In this document: positions 43,690 through 55,224 of the stretch, one piece after another
Layout of the letters: each line of letters starts with the position of its first letter
How positions within the stretch are numbered: position 1 is the stretch's first letter
Assembly (NCBI GenBank): GCA_963822965.1
Contig: CAWGJT010000005.1
Location: 416,001-480,000, forward strand
Direction of reading: 5' to 3'
Length of the DNA stretch: 64,000 bases
Origin: an uncultured delta proteobacterium
Lineage (GTDB): Bacteria; Myxococcota_A; UBA9160; UBA4427
Made by a program: the position numbers and the translations under genes
The notes under the pieces: generated by a model
Told to the model about the DNA's origin: nothing
The model's input: the letters and a program-made list of their open reading frames with translations, nothing else
The model's database searches: none

Positions 43690-43749
43690 CGACTCCGGAT
43701 GATACGCGACTTGCCGCCGCCCCCGGCTCTGGCCAGGAGCCCGACCCAG

Positions 43750-44583
43750 GACTCCACTCGCGGAGGGGCACGCGGACGCGCGCGCGGGTCTCGTAGCGGA
43801 TGGCTCGGAGGGAATCGCGTCGAGGCGGCCGCGGCTCTGGCGCTCTTCGACGTCGACCAGCTCGAACGTGGCGATCACCTGGCCCTCGTCGATCAGCTCG
43901 CCGCGCTGGCCCGCGCGGAGGCGGTCGACCGAGCCCGCGTCCAGGACGACGGCCAGGGGCCTTCCCGCCTCTCCCTCCACCTGCACGATCTCCGCCGACA
44001 CCCAGGCCTCGGGTCCGTGGCGGCGGGCCGACGAGCGCTGCGGACCGCGTGCCGCCGGAGCGGCCGGCAGCTGGAAGGCCGGGCCCGACGGCGTGACGGA
44101 CGCGAGCACCTCGTAGGCCAGCGGTCCCGCGCACGTCGCCGATCTCCTCGAGCACCAGGTAGTAGTCGCCGGCGCCGAGCATCCGCTCGATCTCGCGCGG
44201 ACTGTGGCCGGTGGGCGCGTAGCCCCAGAGCACGTCGCCGTCCGGCGTCCTCGAGGCGCACGTCGAAGTCGGGAACACGCCGGCCCCACCGGCGCCCGCA
44301 CCTCGACGCGCAGCGCGCCGGGCTCGGCGAGCGAGATCGCGTACCACGCCGTGCAGCCCGGCTGCGGGACACTCCAGCACGCCGCGCGACCAGGCGTCCT
44401 GGGGCGAGGGGCTGCGACGACTCCCGGCCGGCGAAGGGCTCCGGGCGCGAGCCCGCCACGCTCGGGAAGAGCGCGCAGCCGCCGGCGGCCAGCAGGCTTC
44501 CGGCCACGGCCAGCGCCGGCAGCACCCGGGCGAGCCGGGACGAGCGAGAGAGACGGGGCCGGAGGCGGCCGGTGGGCCGGCAT
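43750..44583 (-). CDS. Hypothetical lipoprotein; frameshifted, ends approximate
   Basis: LLAAGGC lipobox; beta-rich fragments (WYAISLAEPGALRVEV, GDYYLVLE, VVLDAGSVDRL) across frames; lies between sco and lpxD. Confidence 0.5.
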
Positions 44584-44605
44584 GCGCGGGGCGGACGGCA
44601 AGCCG

Positions 44606-45453
44606 CTAGCTCCGCGCGGGCTCGGCCGGGAAGGCCACCGCCTCGAGGTCCGCGACGATCTCGTCGGGCGCGTGGTCCTGCCCCACGTAGCGCTTCACGA
44701 TGCGGCCGCCCGGATCCACGAGGAAGGTGGCGAGCACGTGCTCGATGTCGCCATCGGCGCTGCGGGTCGAGCCGGCCCCCCAGGCGTTCACCACGGCCTC
44801 CACCTCGTCCGGAGGACCGGTGAGGAACGACCAGTCCGAGAGATCGGCGCCCCGGGCCCGGGCGTAGGCGCTCGAGATCGGCCGGCGTATCGCGCAGGGG
44901 ATCCAGGGTGATGGAGACGAAGTGGGTGCGCTCGCGCAGCGCCGGCGGTAGCGCCCGCTGCACCGACGACGTGGGTGGACGTGAGCGCCGGGCACGGGCC
45001 CGGGCAGCGCGTGAAGATGAAGTCGACGAGCAGCACCTGGCCCGCGAGCCCGGCGAGCGAGACCGTCTCGCCCCGGGTGTCGGTGAGCGAGAAGGGCGGT
45101 GCGGGATCGCTCTTCACGAGCCCGTTCCCCATGCGGATCCAGCCGTCCTCCGCGGGCACCTGCCCCACCACCTTCGCCTGCGTGATGGAGAGGCTGCCGT
45201 CCTGGGACGTGACCTCGAAGTCGATCACGTCGCCCGGGGCGAGCTTCCCGAGCAGGGCGGGATCCCGGATCGCGAAGCTCATCGTCATGGCGGGCATCAG
45301 GCCGGGGATGTCGTCGTGCTCGATCAGCACCTGCCCGTCCGCGGCGGACACCTCGTGGACGACGCCGTGCCCGGACCAGGTCCGCGCACCGTCGCAGGCC
45401 GCGAGCGCCAGCAGCGCCAGGCACAGCGCGCGCTTCGCCGCGGAGCGCCGCAT
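44606..45453 (-). CDS. CusF-domain + SCO (Sco1/SenC) copper chaperone fusion lipoprotein; frameshifted
   Basis: LAAC lipobox; IEHDDIPGLMPAMTMSF (CusF); DFIFTRCPGPCP, SITLDPLRDTP, WSFLTG, IEH (SCO). Confidence 0.88.
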
Positions 45454-46529
45454 CAGAACACCCACTGCCAGCCCGCCGTCACCTGCCAGTCCCGCTCGAT
45501 CTGTGGCCCATTCAGGGTCTGGAAGAACGGGAACGTCATCTCGACCCCGAAGCGCGGACCGCCCAGGAACGGCACGCGGAAGTTCACGCCCGGGCCGAGG
45601 TCCAGGTACTCCCCCGCCTGGCGCTTCGGGTCGTCTTCGGGATTCACCTTCGTGTCGTCCTCCGGATGGACCGACTCTCGCCGGCTCCACGAGAGACGCA
45701 GCGACGTGCTCATCCAGTCCGTCCAGGACTGCGCGAGCCAGCTCGAGAGCAGGTACTCGTTGCCCAGCCGGTAGTTCTTGGTGTTCTCGTACACCCGGAA
45801 CTTCCCCCGTGCCAGCAGGCCCCACGAGACGCTCTCCCAGCGCCCGCGATAGACCATGCCGGGGAGCAGATCGACGGTGCCCGAGCCGAGCTGCTGGGGG
45901 AAGGAGAGCCGCTTCTTGCCGCCGTCGGCGCTCTCCCCGCGCTCGGAGATGGAGCCGGTGGGCGCGGTCAGGCCCATCTCGATCTGCAGGCTCTGGTTGC
46001 GATTGCGCATGAAGGGCACCAGCGCGCGCAGCTCGAGATCGCCCACGCCGACGGTGTCGGTGTCGAAGCGCCTCCGCGGGTCGCCGCCGACCAGCTTCGT
46101 CTCCTGGTTGACGACCGGCAGCTCGAGGGCCAGGGTCACGCGCGGGTGCGGCGCATAGGAGACGCCGAAGAGGTGCACCTGCAGGTCGCGCTCGCGCGGG
46201 GTCTCGTCGTAGACCTGCAGCAGCTCGTCGTTGCCAACCCGGTGGGTGCCATTACGCATGTCGTCGTAGTGGACCAGCGCGTAGCGATACGAGAGCGCCC
46301 ACTCGCCCTTCCGAAGCGTGCGCGCGTCACTGAGTCCGATGGGAGCGAGCGCCGCCGCGTCGTCGCCGGTCGAGCGCAGGGAGCGGGGCAGCGAGCCGTC
46401 CGACGTCTCGGCCTCGGGGGCCGCCTCGTCGGTGGCGGCATCCCCCGCCGCCGGCAGGAGCAGCAGCACGAGGGCGAGGCCCGCTGCGACGAGCCCGGTG
46501 GGGCGCGACTTCCGGCGCGGGGAATCCAA
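45453..46529 (-). CDS. Outer-membrane beta-barrel, MetA-pathway-of-phenol-degradation-like transporter family
   Basis: Signal peptide, APIG, GEWALSYRY, GVGDL, PTGS, QLGSGTVD, C-terminal GWQWVF. Confidence 0.8.
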   Translation of the reverse strand: MDSPRRKSRPTGLVAAGLALVLLLLPAAGDAATDEAAPEAETSDGSLPRSLRSTGDDAAALAPIGLSDARTLRKGEWALSYRYALVHYDDMRNGTHRVGNDELLQVYDETPRERDLQVHLFGVSYAPHPRVTLALELPVVNQETKLVGGDPRRRFDTDTVGVGDLELRALVPFMRNRNQSLQIEMGLTAPTGSISERGESADGGKKRLSFPQQLGSGTVDLLPGMVYRGRWESVSWGLLARGKFRVYENTKNYRLGNEYLLSSWLAQSWTDWMSTSLRLSWSRRESVHPEDDTKVNPEDDPKRQAGEYLDLGPGVNFRVPFLGGPRFGVEMTFPFFQTLNGPQIERDWQVTAGWQWVF

Positions 46530-46535
46530 GTCGCC

Positions 46536-47393
46536 CTATCCCCCGAACCTCACGCCGTACTCGGAGGCAAAGCGCATGGCGAGCTCGTCGAGCCCGGACC
46601 GGTAGGTGAGCTCGAACGCGCGGTCGAGGTTCCGCTTGCGCAGCAAGGTGGTGCACAGGCGCCGGAGTGAATCGTCTCCGTGGTGACGCGTCAGGTACTC
46701 GATGAAGGCGTACGACTGCAGGTATGCGATCTGGGCGGACTCTCCGGAGAGGCCCGCGAAGCTGGGCTCGCTGAGATCCCACAGGGTGAAGAGACGACCC
46801 TCGGCACCGAGGCGGGCGATGGCGGCGGCCTCCCCGCCGCTGAGCCGGCGCTTGCCCACGGCCTTCGCCTCGAACCACTCGGCCAGGCCTTCGTTGAGCC
46901 AGGCGGGCAACACCATGGAAGGCGCTTCGGCGTCGAAGGCGGCGTGCACCAGCTCGTGGTTCAGGGTCCGCACCAGGGACGCCCGCAGCTCCGTGTCGCC
47001 GCGAATGCGGATCGTGCCGGAGTAGAAGCCGGCCGCCCGGAAGCCGAAGCGCGCCGCGAAGCTCTGGTCGAATACGCCGGGGTCGTAGATCACCACGTCC
47101 AGGCGGCGCGAGGGACGCAGCCCCAGCTCGCGGTCCAGCTCGTCGTAGGCGCGCTCCAGGGTCTCGAGCACCTGGTTCTCGAAGCGGCGCGAGCCCCGGA
47201 AGCCCGACGTGCGGTCGATGTCCACGTCCTGGTAGAGGACGAAGTGCGAGGAGACGCGCTTGTCGAACTCGCCGTCCGCGCCCCGGTCGCGAGCCGCCGC
47301 CGGCAGGCCGAGCACGACGGCCGCGACGGCGGCCGCCACCGCCGCCAACCCGTCGGCACGGCGGCGACGCTTCAGTGCGGGCACGTCCGTCAC
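46536..47393 (-). CDS. Secreted gluzincin / peptidase MA-family metallopeptidase
   Basis: LNHELVH, PAWLNEGLAEW, AYLQS. Confidence 0.85.
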   Translation of the reverse strand: MTDVPALKRRRRADGLAAVAAAVAAVVLGLPAAARDRGADGEFDKRVSSHFVLYQDVDIDRTSGFRGSRRFENQVLETLERAYDELDRELGLRPSRRLDVVIYDPGVFDQSFAARFGFRAAGFYSGTIRIRGDTELRASLVRTLNHELVHAAFDAEAPSMVLPAWLNEGLAEWFEAKAVGKRRLSGGEAAAIARLGAEGRLFTLWDLSEPSFAGLSGESAQIAYLQSYAFIEYLTRHHGDDSLRRLCTTLLRKRNLDRAFELTYRSGLDELAMRFASEYGVRFGG

Positions 47394-47407
47394 GAGCCTC
47401 CTCGACC

Positions 47408-48424
47408 TCATCCGAGCGGGTAGAGGATCTCTCGGGATACGGCGTCGCACGCCGCGAGGGCATCCTCGGGCAGGCTGACGCCGGCCGCGGCCAGCGTGTC
47501 GTCGAGCTGCGCCACGGTGGTGGCACCGATCAGCGTCGAAGCCACGAAGCCGCGACTCAGCGTCCAGGCGGTCGCGAACGTGACGAGCGACATGCCGCAC
47601 TCCGCGGCGATACCCGCGAAGCGGTCGATGGCCGCCCGGCTGCGGTCGTTGATGAAGCGGGCGGTCATGGCGGCGCCGCGCGCCGGGTCCTGCCGGTAGC
47701 GGCTGAAGCGCGCGCCCTCGGGCCAGGCGCCGTCCTGGTACTTGCCCGACAGCACGCCGCCCGCGATCGGGCTGTAGGGCAGCAGGCTCACCTGCTCCCG
47801 GCGGCACACCTCGGCGAGCTCGTCTTCGAAGCGGCGGTTCAGGAGGCTGAAGTTGTTCTGGATCGTCTCGTAGCGGGCGGTGCCGTTGCGGTCGGCCGCC
47901 CACAGGCTCTTGGTGAGCCCGTAGGCGCTCTGGTTGGAGCAGCCGATCGCGCGCACCTTGCCTTCGTCGACCAGCCGGTCGAGGGCCTCGAGGGTGTCCT
48001 CGATGGGGAAGTCCGGATCCGGCCAGTGCGTCTGGTAGAGGTCGATGTAGTCGGTTCCCAGGCGGCGCAGGCTCTCCTCCACCGCACGCTCGATGTTGTG
48101 GCGGTCGAGCCCGGTGTGCCCCGAGCGGAGGGGACCGAGGAACCAGCCGCCGCCGGGTCCCGCCACCTTGCTGGCCACGATCACCGAGTCCCGGGGGCGG
48201 TTCCGCATCCACTTTCCGCAGATCTCTTCGGTGCGCCCGGCGTACTTCGCGTTCGGCGGCACCGGGTACATCTCGGCGGTATCGAGGAAGTCGACCCCGG
48301 CGTCGAAGGCCCGGTCGAGGATCGCGAGGCTCGTCGCCTCGTCGGCCATCGTTCCGAAGGTCATCGTCCCCATGCCGATCTCGGAGACGACGAGACCGCT
48401 CCGGCCGAGCCGGTTCTGCTTCAT
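47408..48424 (-). CDS. Aldo/keto reductase (Tas-like)
   Basis: GMGTMTFG, DTAEMYP, SLRRLGTDYIDLYQTHWPD, GKVRAIGCSN, YSPIAGGVLSGKY. Confidence 0.94.
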   Translation of the reverse strand: MKQNRLGRSGLVVSEIGMGTMTFGTMADEATSLAILDRAFDAGVDFLDTAEMYPVPPNAKYAGRTEEICGKWMRNRPRDSVIVASKVAGPGGGWFLGPLRSGHTGLDRHNIERAVEESLRRLGTDYIDLYQTHWPDPDFPIEDTLEALDRLVDEGKVRAIGCSNQSAYGLTKSLWAADRNGTARYETIQNNFSLLNRRFEDELAEVCRREQVSLLPYSPIAGGVLSGKYQDGAWPEGARFSRYRQDPARGAAMTARFINDRSRAAIDRFAGIAAECGMSLVTFATAWTLSRGFVASTLIGATTVAQLDDTLAAAGVSLPEDALAACDAVSREILYPLG

Positions 48425-48458
48425 GCTGGCACCCCCTGGCGCGTCGCCATCCGCCCGC

Positions 48459-49068
48459 TCACGCGCCCGCGCTCGGGCGGGCCGACACCGCCTCGTGCCA
48501 GCGAGCGAGGTGCTTCTGGTCGGGCTGGATGCGGATCTTCACCACCCGCGCGAAGTCGATGGCGACCTGGGCGGTGATGTCGGCGATGGTGTACTGGTCG
48601 CCCGCCACGAACTCGCGCTCCGCGAGCACTTCGTCGAGCCACGCGAGTCGCTGCACCGCCCGGCCTCGACACACCTCGCCGTAGGCCGGAACCTGCTCGA
48701 TGCGTCCCTTGAAGTAGTCGTGGGTGTTCTGGAAGCAGCCGGTGACGTTGCCCCAGAGCTCGAGCTCCATGCGCCGTTGCCACATCTCGACGAGCGCCGC
48801 GTCGAGCTGCCCCGCGTCCCATGAGCGGCGGGTCGGGATGCAGCTCCTCGAAGTAGCGGCAGATGGCGACGCTCTCGGCGAGGCAGGTGCCGTCGTCCAG
48901 CTCGAGCACGGGGACCCGTCCCATCGGGTTCAGCGCCAGGAACGGCGGCTCGAGGTTCTCCTTGTTGCCGATGTCGACCTGCACGGTCGGAACCTCGACG
49001 CCCTTCTCGGCAAGGAAGATGCGAACGCGGCGCGGGTTCGGCGCGGTGCTGGAATCGTGGAGCTTCAC
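48459..49068 (-). CDS. Glutathione S-transferase family protein; one frameshift
   Basis: APNPRRVRIFLAEKG, NPMGRVPVLELDDG, ESVAICRY, YTIADITA. Confidence 0.92.
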
Positions 49069-49191
49069 GGGGGGCCTCCGGCGGGTCTCGGCGGCCAAGT
49101 TAGCCCGCATTTCCCACCGGGTCGCGGCGCGCACGAGCCCCGCGGCAGACGTCTGCCGGAGCGGTCGATCGGCGAAGCGTGGAGCTCGGGC

Positions 49192-49560
49192 TCAGAGGCC
49201 CGGATACGCCCCGAAGGTCATGTACGACAGGAACGCCTTGCCCGCCTTCTTGACCAGGTCGGCGAACCACTTGGCGTAGATCGCGGCGTAGTCGGGCTCG
49301 GCGTACTCCGGGCAGAGCTCGACGCGCCGGCCGGCCAGCCGGTCGATGTGCTCCAGCGTGCCGTTGAGCCACAGCTCGTCCCGGCGATCGGCCGCCATCT
49401 GGGCGACGTCCTCGAAGTGGTCGATCTGTCGCGTGAGACGGCGGCACTCGGCCTTGTTCGACACGGCGGCGGCGGGCCCTGCCGCCAGCACGAACAGCAG
49501 GCACAGGACGGCGCCGGACGACCGGCGAGCCGGGCGGCTCGCAATCAGCGGCTCTCGCAT
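49192..49560 (-). CDS. Small secreted hypothetical protein
   Basis: Signal-peptide-like N-terminus, 2 Cys in mature part, GAGG RBS. Confidence 0.6.
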   Translation of the reverse strand: MREPLIASRPARRSSGAVLCLLFVLAAGPAAAVSNKAECRRLTRQIDHFEDVAQMAADRRDELWLNGTLEHIDRLAGRRVELCPEYAEPDYAAIYAKWFADLVKKAGKAFLSYMTFGAYPGL

Positions 49561-49732
49561 GGTGGCCTCGCACTGGGGGGCTTCTCGGGTGACACGGACC
49601 CCTACCGGTCCCTCGCTCTACCCATCGGTCGAAGCTGCCGGTTCTTGAATGGTCCGGTCCCGGCCGGCGCCACGCGGCCCGAAGGAGACCGATCCCCAGG
49701 GGGCATCCGGCGAGGCGTACGAGGCAAGCCCC

Positions 49733-51245
49733 TCAGAGCCGGTCGACGAGCTGCTCGGCCTGGCGGTGGGCCAGGGCCATGCCCGTGAACATGGGGTTCA
49801 CGGAGGGGCACTGGGGGAAGATGCCTGTGTCGGCGATGTACAGGTTGTCGAGGTCGTGACAGCGCCCGTACTCGTCCACGACCCCTCTCGCCGGATCTCC
49901 GTGCATGCGGGTCGTGCAGAAGGCGTGGTTTCCGCCGCACACCAGGTCGCTCGCCTTGATGGGATGGGTGCGGAGCGGCTCCGCCTCCGCTGGGTTTCGC
50001 ATGAGGTCGGGGAGGCCGTTCACGCCGGGCATGATCTTGGTGGCGCCCGCGGCGAAGAAGATCTCGGCCAGCACCCACAGCGCCTGGGCCAGGATCGCGC
50101 ACGTCCTGGGGGTGCATGTTCCAGGTGAGGTGGGGATCCATCCCCCGGCGCTTCGCGCGTACGCGACCGAGGGAGCGGTTCGTGCTGGCGATGGCGTCCC
50201 AGACGGCCATGTACGGGAACTGGGCGAAGATCTCCTGCAGAGGATGGCCGAAGCCCGGCATCCGCACCGCCATCACCGCGGGAGGCGCCCACAGGGTCTC
50301 GAGCTTGAAGCCCTGGTCGAGGAAGTGGAGGCTCTGGTAGCCCTGGGTGGCGCCGAACTGCGGATCCACCCGATCGGGAAAGAAGCCCGCGATGGCGACG
50401 CCGGGATGGAACTGCAGGTTCTCGCCCACCTGGCCCGAGCGATTCGCGAGATCGCCGCTGCGCTGCAGGATGACGGGCGTCGCCATGCAGCCGGCGGCCA
50501 GCACCACGAGGCGCGCCCGAACCCGGAACCGGTGGCTCAGCCGTCCCGTCAGGGGCTCGGCGACCTGTCCCGAGACCCCGGTGACGCGCCGGCCCTCGTG
50601 GTGCACCTGCTGCACCTGCACGGACGTCAGCACCCGCGCCCCGTGCCGGATGGCCGCCGGGATGTAGCTGATGTCCATGCTCTGCTTGGCGCGCGCGCGG
50701 CAGCCGGTGAAGCACTCGCCGCTGCCGCGGCAGCCCTGCACGTTGCGGTCGATGGGGATGCTCTCGTAGCCGAGCTTCTCGCAGCCCTCCCGGAAGAGCA
50801 GGTTGCGGCGACCCTGCACGTCGTCGGGCGTGGGCGCGATGCCCAGGAACTGCGCCACCGCATCGTAGTGTCGGTCGAGCTCGGCGCGGTTCGTCCGGGA
50901 CAGCTCGAAGCCCGTCGCCCAACGATCGAAGACCGAGTCCGGCGGGCGCACGCAGATGGCGGAGTTGACGAGCGAGCCGCCTCCCAGGGCGATGGCCTGC
51001 ATGGTGGGCAGGATGGTGCCGCGCGTGCTGCGCAGGCCGCCCTCGCGCATGGTTCGCGCCATCGAGCGACTGCCCTCGAGCTCGAAGTCCGCCGGCGTGA
51101 AGGGCGGTCCCTCCTCGAGCAGCAGCACCCGGCGCCCCGCTCGGGCCAGCTCGTGGGCCACCACCGCGCCGCAGGGCCCCGAGCCGACCACCACGACGTC
51201 GGCCTCCTCCTCGAAGTCCCGCTCGTACTGGGCGAAGACCCGCAC
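49733..51245 (-). CDS. GMC-family oxidoreductase; one frameshift near 50100, start may be 51271
   Basis: DVVVVGSGPCG, GGGSLVNS, GCRGSGECFTGC, VGENLQFHP, NLYIADT, VNPMFT. Confidence 0.9.
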
Positions 51246-51267
51246 CTCCCCCCCGTCCCGGCCAGGC

Positions 51268-51909
51268 TCATCGCGTGTCTCCGGCGTAGTCGGGATGGAC
51301 CGGACCGTGCGGATCCAGGGGCGTTCCGTCGCTCCGCCACAGATCGGCCTCGCCGTAGACGATGGTGTCCGGGTGCGCGCCGATGCGCGGATAGAGCAGG
51401 TCGGCCTCGCAGACGGGCGACGGAAAGTCGAGGGGGGCGAGCCGGACCGAGCGCATGGCGACCGGGTGACCCAGGTAGCCCATGGTCAGCACCGCCCGCA
51501 GCGCCGTGAAGGCGAGCCGGCGGGGAAAGAAGCGGCTTCGGGACCAGCCCCGCAGCGCCTCGACCCGCTGCTCCGGGGTGAGGGACGAGAAGCGGCGGAA
51601 GCCCCCGGTTCCCGACGCCGGAAAGAAGATCGTGGACTGCTCGAACAGCGCGAACATGGCGCGCACCTGCAGCCGCAGGTGCCCGGGCAGCGGGTCGAGG
51701 AAGCGATCCGTGTACCCGGGCAGGTCGGCTTCGAGCCCGGAGAGGGGAATCGCTCCGCCGGGCGGGAACGTGGCCTCGGCGGCCGCGTCGAGGAACGCGG
51801 CGTCCCGGGGCGCCAGCACGCGATGGACCGCGCGCGGCCGCGGGTAGCCGAGCAGCAGCCGCCGGAAGGCCCAGGCGACGAACACGATGAGAAGGAGCCA
51901 GAGAAGCAC
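51268..51909 (-). CDS. Membrane-anchored GMC partner (gluconate-2-DH subunit 3-like)
   Basis: N-terminal TM, AAEATFP, RRFSSLTPEQR, ALRAVLTMGY; adjacent to GMC gene; -10-like TATCAT 8 nt before GTG. Confidence 0.65.
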   Translation of the reverse strand: MLLWLLLIVFVAWAFRRLLLGYPRPRAVHRVLAPRDAAFLDAAAEATFPPGGAIPLSGLEADLPGYTDRFLDPLPGHLRLQVRAMFALFEQSTIFFPASGTGGFRRFSSLTPEQRVEALRGWSRSRFFPRRLAFTALRAVLTMGYLGHPVAMRSVRLAPLDFPSPVCEADLLYPRIGAHPDTIVYGEADLWRSDGTPLDPHGPVHPDYAGDTR

Positions 51910-52031
51910 GCCGGCCCATGATAACGGCTGAACGCCGCGGGAGGACCCTCCGCCCTGGCAGTCCGTACCGGCGGGCGCCACCCTGCGGTCCGCATCGACC
52001 CGTGGAAGCTGGCCCGCGGTCCGGGCGGACC

Positions 52032-52916
52032 TCAGCGAGCCCCGTCGTCCGGGTCGTCGAAGCGGCGGGCCCGCCACCAGGGAAAATAGGCCGGCATGTC
52101 CTGGGAGACGCGCATGGCGAAATGGGGCGGACGCTTCTCGAGGAAGCTCTGCACCCCCTCGTGGGCGTCGGGCGAGCTGCCCATGAAGTGGATGCCGCGG
52201 GAGTCCAGGCGATGAGCCTGCATGGGATGATCGGCGCCCAGCATCTTCCACAGCATGTGCCGCGAGAGCGCGACCGAGACGGCGCTGGTGTTGTCCGCGA
52301 TCTCGGCGGCCAGGGCCCGGGCCCGGGGCAGCAGATCGTCGTGGGGCAACACCTCCGAGACGAGGCCCGCCGCCAGCGCCTCCTCGGCGGGGAAGACGCG
52401 GCCGGTGGCGACCCACTCCATCGCGCGACTGATCCCGACGATGCGAGGCAGGAACCAGCTGCTGCAGGCCTCGGGCACGATGCCCCGGCGGGCGAAGACG
52501 AAGCCGATCTTCGCCCGGTCGCTCGCGAGCCGGACGTCCATGGGAAGCGTCTGGGTGATGCCGACCCCCACCGCGGGGCCGTTGATGGCCGCGATCAGGG
52601 GCTTGCTGCAGTCGAAGAGGCGCAGGCTCACGCGTCCCCCCCCGTCGCGCGGGACCGATTCCAGGGTGTCGGCGCCCCCGCCGCCCCCCGAGTCGAAGGT
52701 CTCGCCGCCGCCACCGAGATCCGCGCCCGCGCAGAAGCCCCGGCCCGCGCCGGTCACGATCACGACGCGCACGTCGTCGTTCTCGTCGATCTCGTCGAGC
52801 ACCCGCAGGTACTCGTTCATCATGGTCGCCGTGAACGCGTTCAGGCGTTCGGGGCGGTTCAGGGTCAGGGTGAAGATGCCGTCCTGCAGATCGGTCAGCA
52901 GGGTCTCGTAGCTCAT
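52032..52916 (-). CDS. Enoyl-CoA hydratase/isomerase
   Basis: TLNRPERLNAF, FCAGADL, AINGPAVGVG, GIVPEACSSWFLPR, FLEKRPP. Confidence 0.94.
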   Translation of the reverse strand: MSYETLLTDLQDGIFTLTLNRPERLNAFTATMMNEYLRVLDEIDENDDVRVVIVTGAGRGFCAGADLGGGGETFDSGGGGGADTLESVPRDGGGRVSLRLFDCSKPLIAAINGPAVGVGITQTLPMDVRLASDRAKIGFVFARRGIVPEACSSWFLPRIVGISRAMEWVATGRVFPAEEALAAGLVSEVLPHDDLLPRARALAAEIADNTSAVSVALSRHMLWKMLGADHPMQAHRLDSRGIHFMGSSPDAHEGVQSFLEKRPPHFAMRVSQDMPAYFPWWRARRFDDPDDGAR

Positions 52917-53062
52917 CGGTCTCCTCTCTCCCGGCGACCTCTCGGCTTCGGGGGCTGGCTCCCGCCTCGGGGCCGCTCCAGGCGGCCGGCCCGCAGCGGG
53001 TGGGGCCAGCATAGCCCCCCGAAACGGCAGCCCTCCGGGAGGGGTGTTAGCGTGTCCCCGCC

Positions 53063-53566
53063 ATGCGGATCGGCGTCGTCAGCGACACCCACAACAACCT
53101 CTCGAACGTCTCGCGGATCGTCGAGCTGCTGAACGGTGCCCGCGTCGATCGAGTCGTCCACACCGGGGACATCACCCAGGCGAAGACGCTCGAGGTGCTC
53201 GCGCGCCTCGACGCCCCGCTCCACGGCGTCTACGGCAACAACGACCTCGAGCGGGACGCGCTCGAGCGGGCGGCGGCCCGCTTCGACTTCGACCTCTCCG
53301 ACCCGCCCCTCGAGCTCGAGTGGTCCGCGCGGCGCCTGTGGGTGGTACACGACCCGCGCGACTTCGAGACGGCCCTGCCGGAGGCGGTGACCCGGAACGA
53401 CGTGCCCGCCCTGATCCTGCACGGCCACGACCATCGCCACCGCCTCGAGCGACGTGCCGGCGCCGTCGTCTTCAATCCCGGCGAGTGCGCCGGGCACATG
53501 CCCGGCCGCAACGCGATCGGCGTCGTGGACCTGGTCCGCCTGGAATGCCAGACGCTTCTCTTCTAG
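53063..53566 (+). CDS. YfcE/MJ0936-family metallophosphoesterase
   Basis: VSDTH, HTGD, GNND, HGHDH, NPGE. Confidence 0.9.
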   Translation: MRIGVVSDTHNNLSNVSRIVELLNGARVDRVVHTGDITQAKTLEVLARLDAPLHGVYGNNDLERDALERAAARFDFDLSDPPLELEWSARRLWVVHDPRDFETALPEAVTRNDVPALILHGHDHRHRLERRAGAVVFNPGECAGHMPGRNAIGVVDLVRLECQTLLF

Positions 53567-53646
53567 GCGTCCAGGCGGGGAACGGCCCGTCCGGGCGGGG
53601 ACCGCGCTTCGAGAACGGGGACCGCGCTGCGAGAAGAGGGACCGCG

Positions 53647-55220
53647 ATGAGCTGGAGGCCCGAGGCCGACGAGATCGAGAGGCGGCGCGCCCTCGCCCGG
53701 GAGATGGGCGGCGCGGAAGCCGTCGCGAAGCAGCACGAACGGGGCCGACTCACGGTTCGCGAGCGCATCGACCGCCTGGCGGACGCCGGAAGCTTCTACG
53801 AGCACGGTCCCCTCGCCGGACACGCCGAGCGGGACGCCGAAGGCAACCTCGTGGCCTTCTCTCCGGCGAACTACGTGCTCGGCTTCGCGCGCGTGGACGG
53901 CCGCCCCGTGGTGATGGGCGGCGAGGACTTCACCCAGCGCGGTGGCTCGCCCTCCCCCGCCGGCCTCCGCAAGAGCGTGTATGCCGAGGACCTGGCCTGC
54001 CACTACCGGCTGCCGCTCGTCCGCTTCCTCGAGGGCGGCGGCGGCAGCGTGGCCGGCGCCGCGGGCAACGCGGGCCGCAAGCCGGGCGCGGCGCCGCCGC
54101 CCCGTCCCGCCCCGGAGCCGGCCTTCGGCCCGCCCCGCTTCCTCTCGATCGCCCGCATCCTGCGCATCGCCCCGGTGTGCTCGGCCGCGTTGGGCGCGGT
54201 GGCCGGCTTTCCGGCGGCCCGCCTCGCCGCCTCGCACTTCTCGGTGATGACCCGCGACACCTCCCAGGTGCTGATCGGCGGTCCGGCGCTGGTGGAACGC
54301 GCCCTCGGCGAGCGGCACACGAAGGAGGAGCTCGGCGGCGCCCGGGTGCACGCACGCAGCGGCGTCGTCGACAACGTCGCCCGGGACGAGGAGGACGCGC
54401 TCGCGCAGATGCGGCGTTTCCTCTCCTATCTGCCGACGAACGTCTCGCAGCTTCCCCCCGCGCGACGCCCACGGACGACCCGGACCGCTGCGAAGAGGCC
54501 CTGCTGGAGATCGTCCCGCGCGATCGCCGGAAGGTCTACAAGATGCGCCGGCTCCTGGAGCTGGTGGTCGACCCGGGCTCGCTCTTCGAGACGACCGCGG
54601 GCTTCGGCCGCTCCCAGATCACCGCCCTGGCTCGCGTCGACGGACGGCCGGTCGGCGTGCTCGCCAACGATCCCGCCATCTACGGCGGCTCGATGGACGC
54701 GGCCGGCGCCCAGAAGGTCCGCCGCTTCGTGAGCCTCTGCGAAACCTTCCACCTGCCCATCCTGAGCTTCGTGGACGAGCCCGGATTCATGATCGGCGCC
54801 GAGTCCGAGGCCGCGGCGACCATCCGCCACGGGGTGGATGCCATCGTGGCGGTGGTGGAATCCAGCGTGCCCTGGATCTCGGTGCACGTGCGCAAGGCCT
54901 ACGGGGTGGCGGCGGCCGCGCACTTCGGGCCCCACGGAACGGTGCTGGCCTGGCCTTCGGCGGAGAGCGGGGCGCTGCCCCTCGAAGGCGGTGTCGCCGT
55001 CGCCTTCCGGCGCGAGATCGAGGCCGCTCCCGACCCCGAGGCGAAGCGGCGGGAGCTCGAGGAGAAGCTCGCCCGCGGCCGCTCGCCGTTTCCGCGCGCC
55101 GAAGGGTTCGGGGTCCACGACCTGATCGACCCGCGTCGCACGCGACCCGCACTGTGCGAGTGGCTCGCCTGGGCACAGCCGCTGCTCGAGCGACGGGTCC
55201 TGCCGCCGCAGCCGGCCTGA
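53647..55220 (+). CDS. Acyl-CoA carboxylase carboxyltransferase subunit; one frameshift near 54465
   Basis: QHERGRLTVRERI, EDFTQRGGS, KEELGG, VGVLAND, FVDEPGFMIG, RKAYG, IDPRRTR. Confidence 0.92.
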
Positions 55221-55224
55221 CGCG

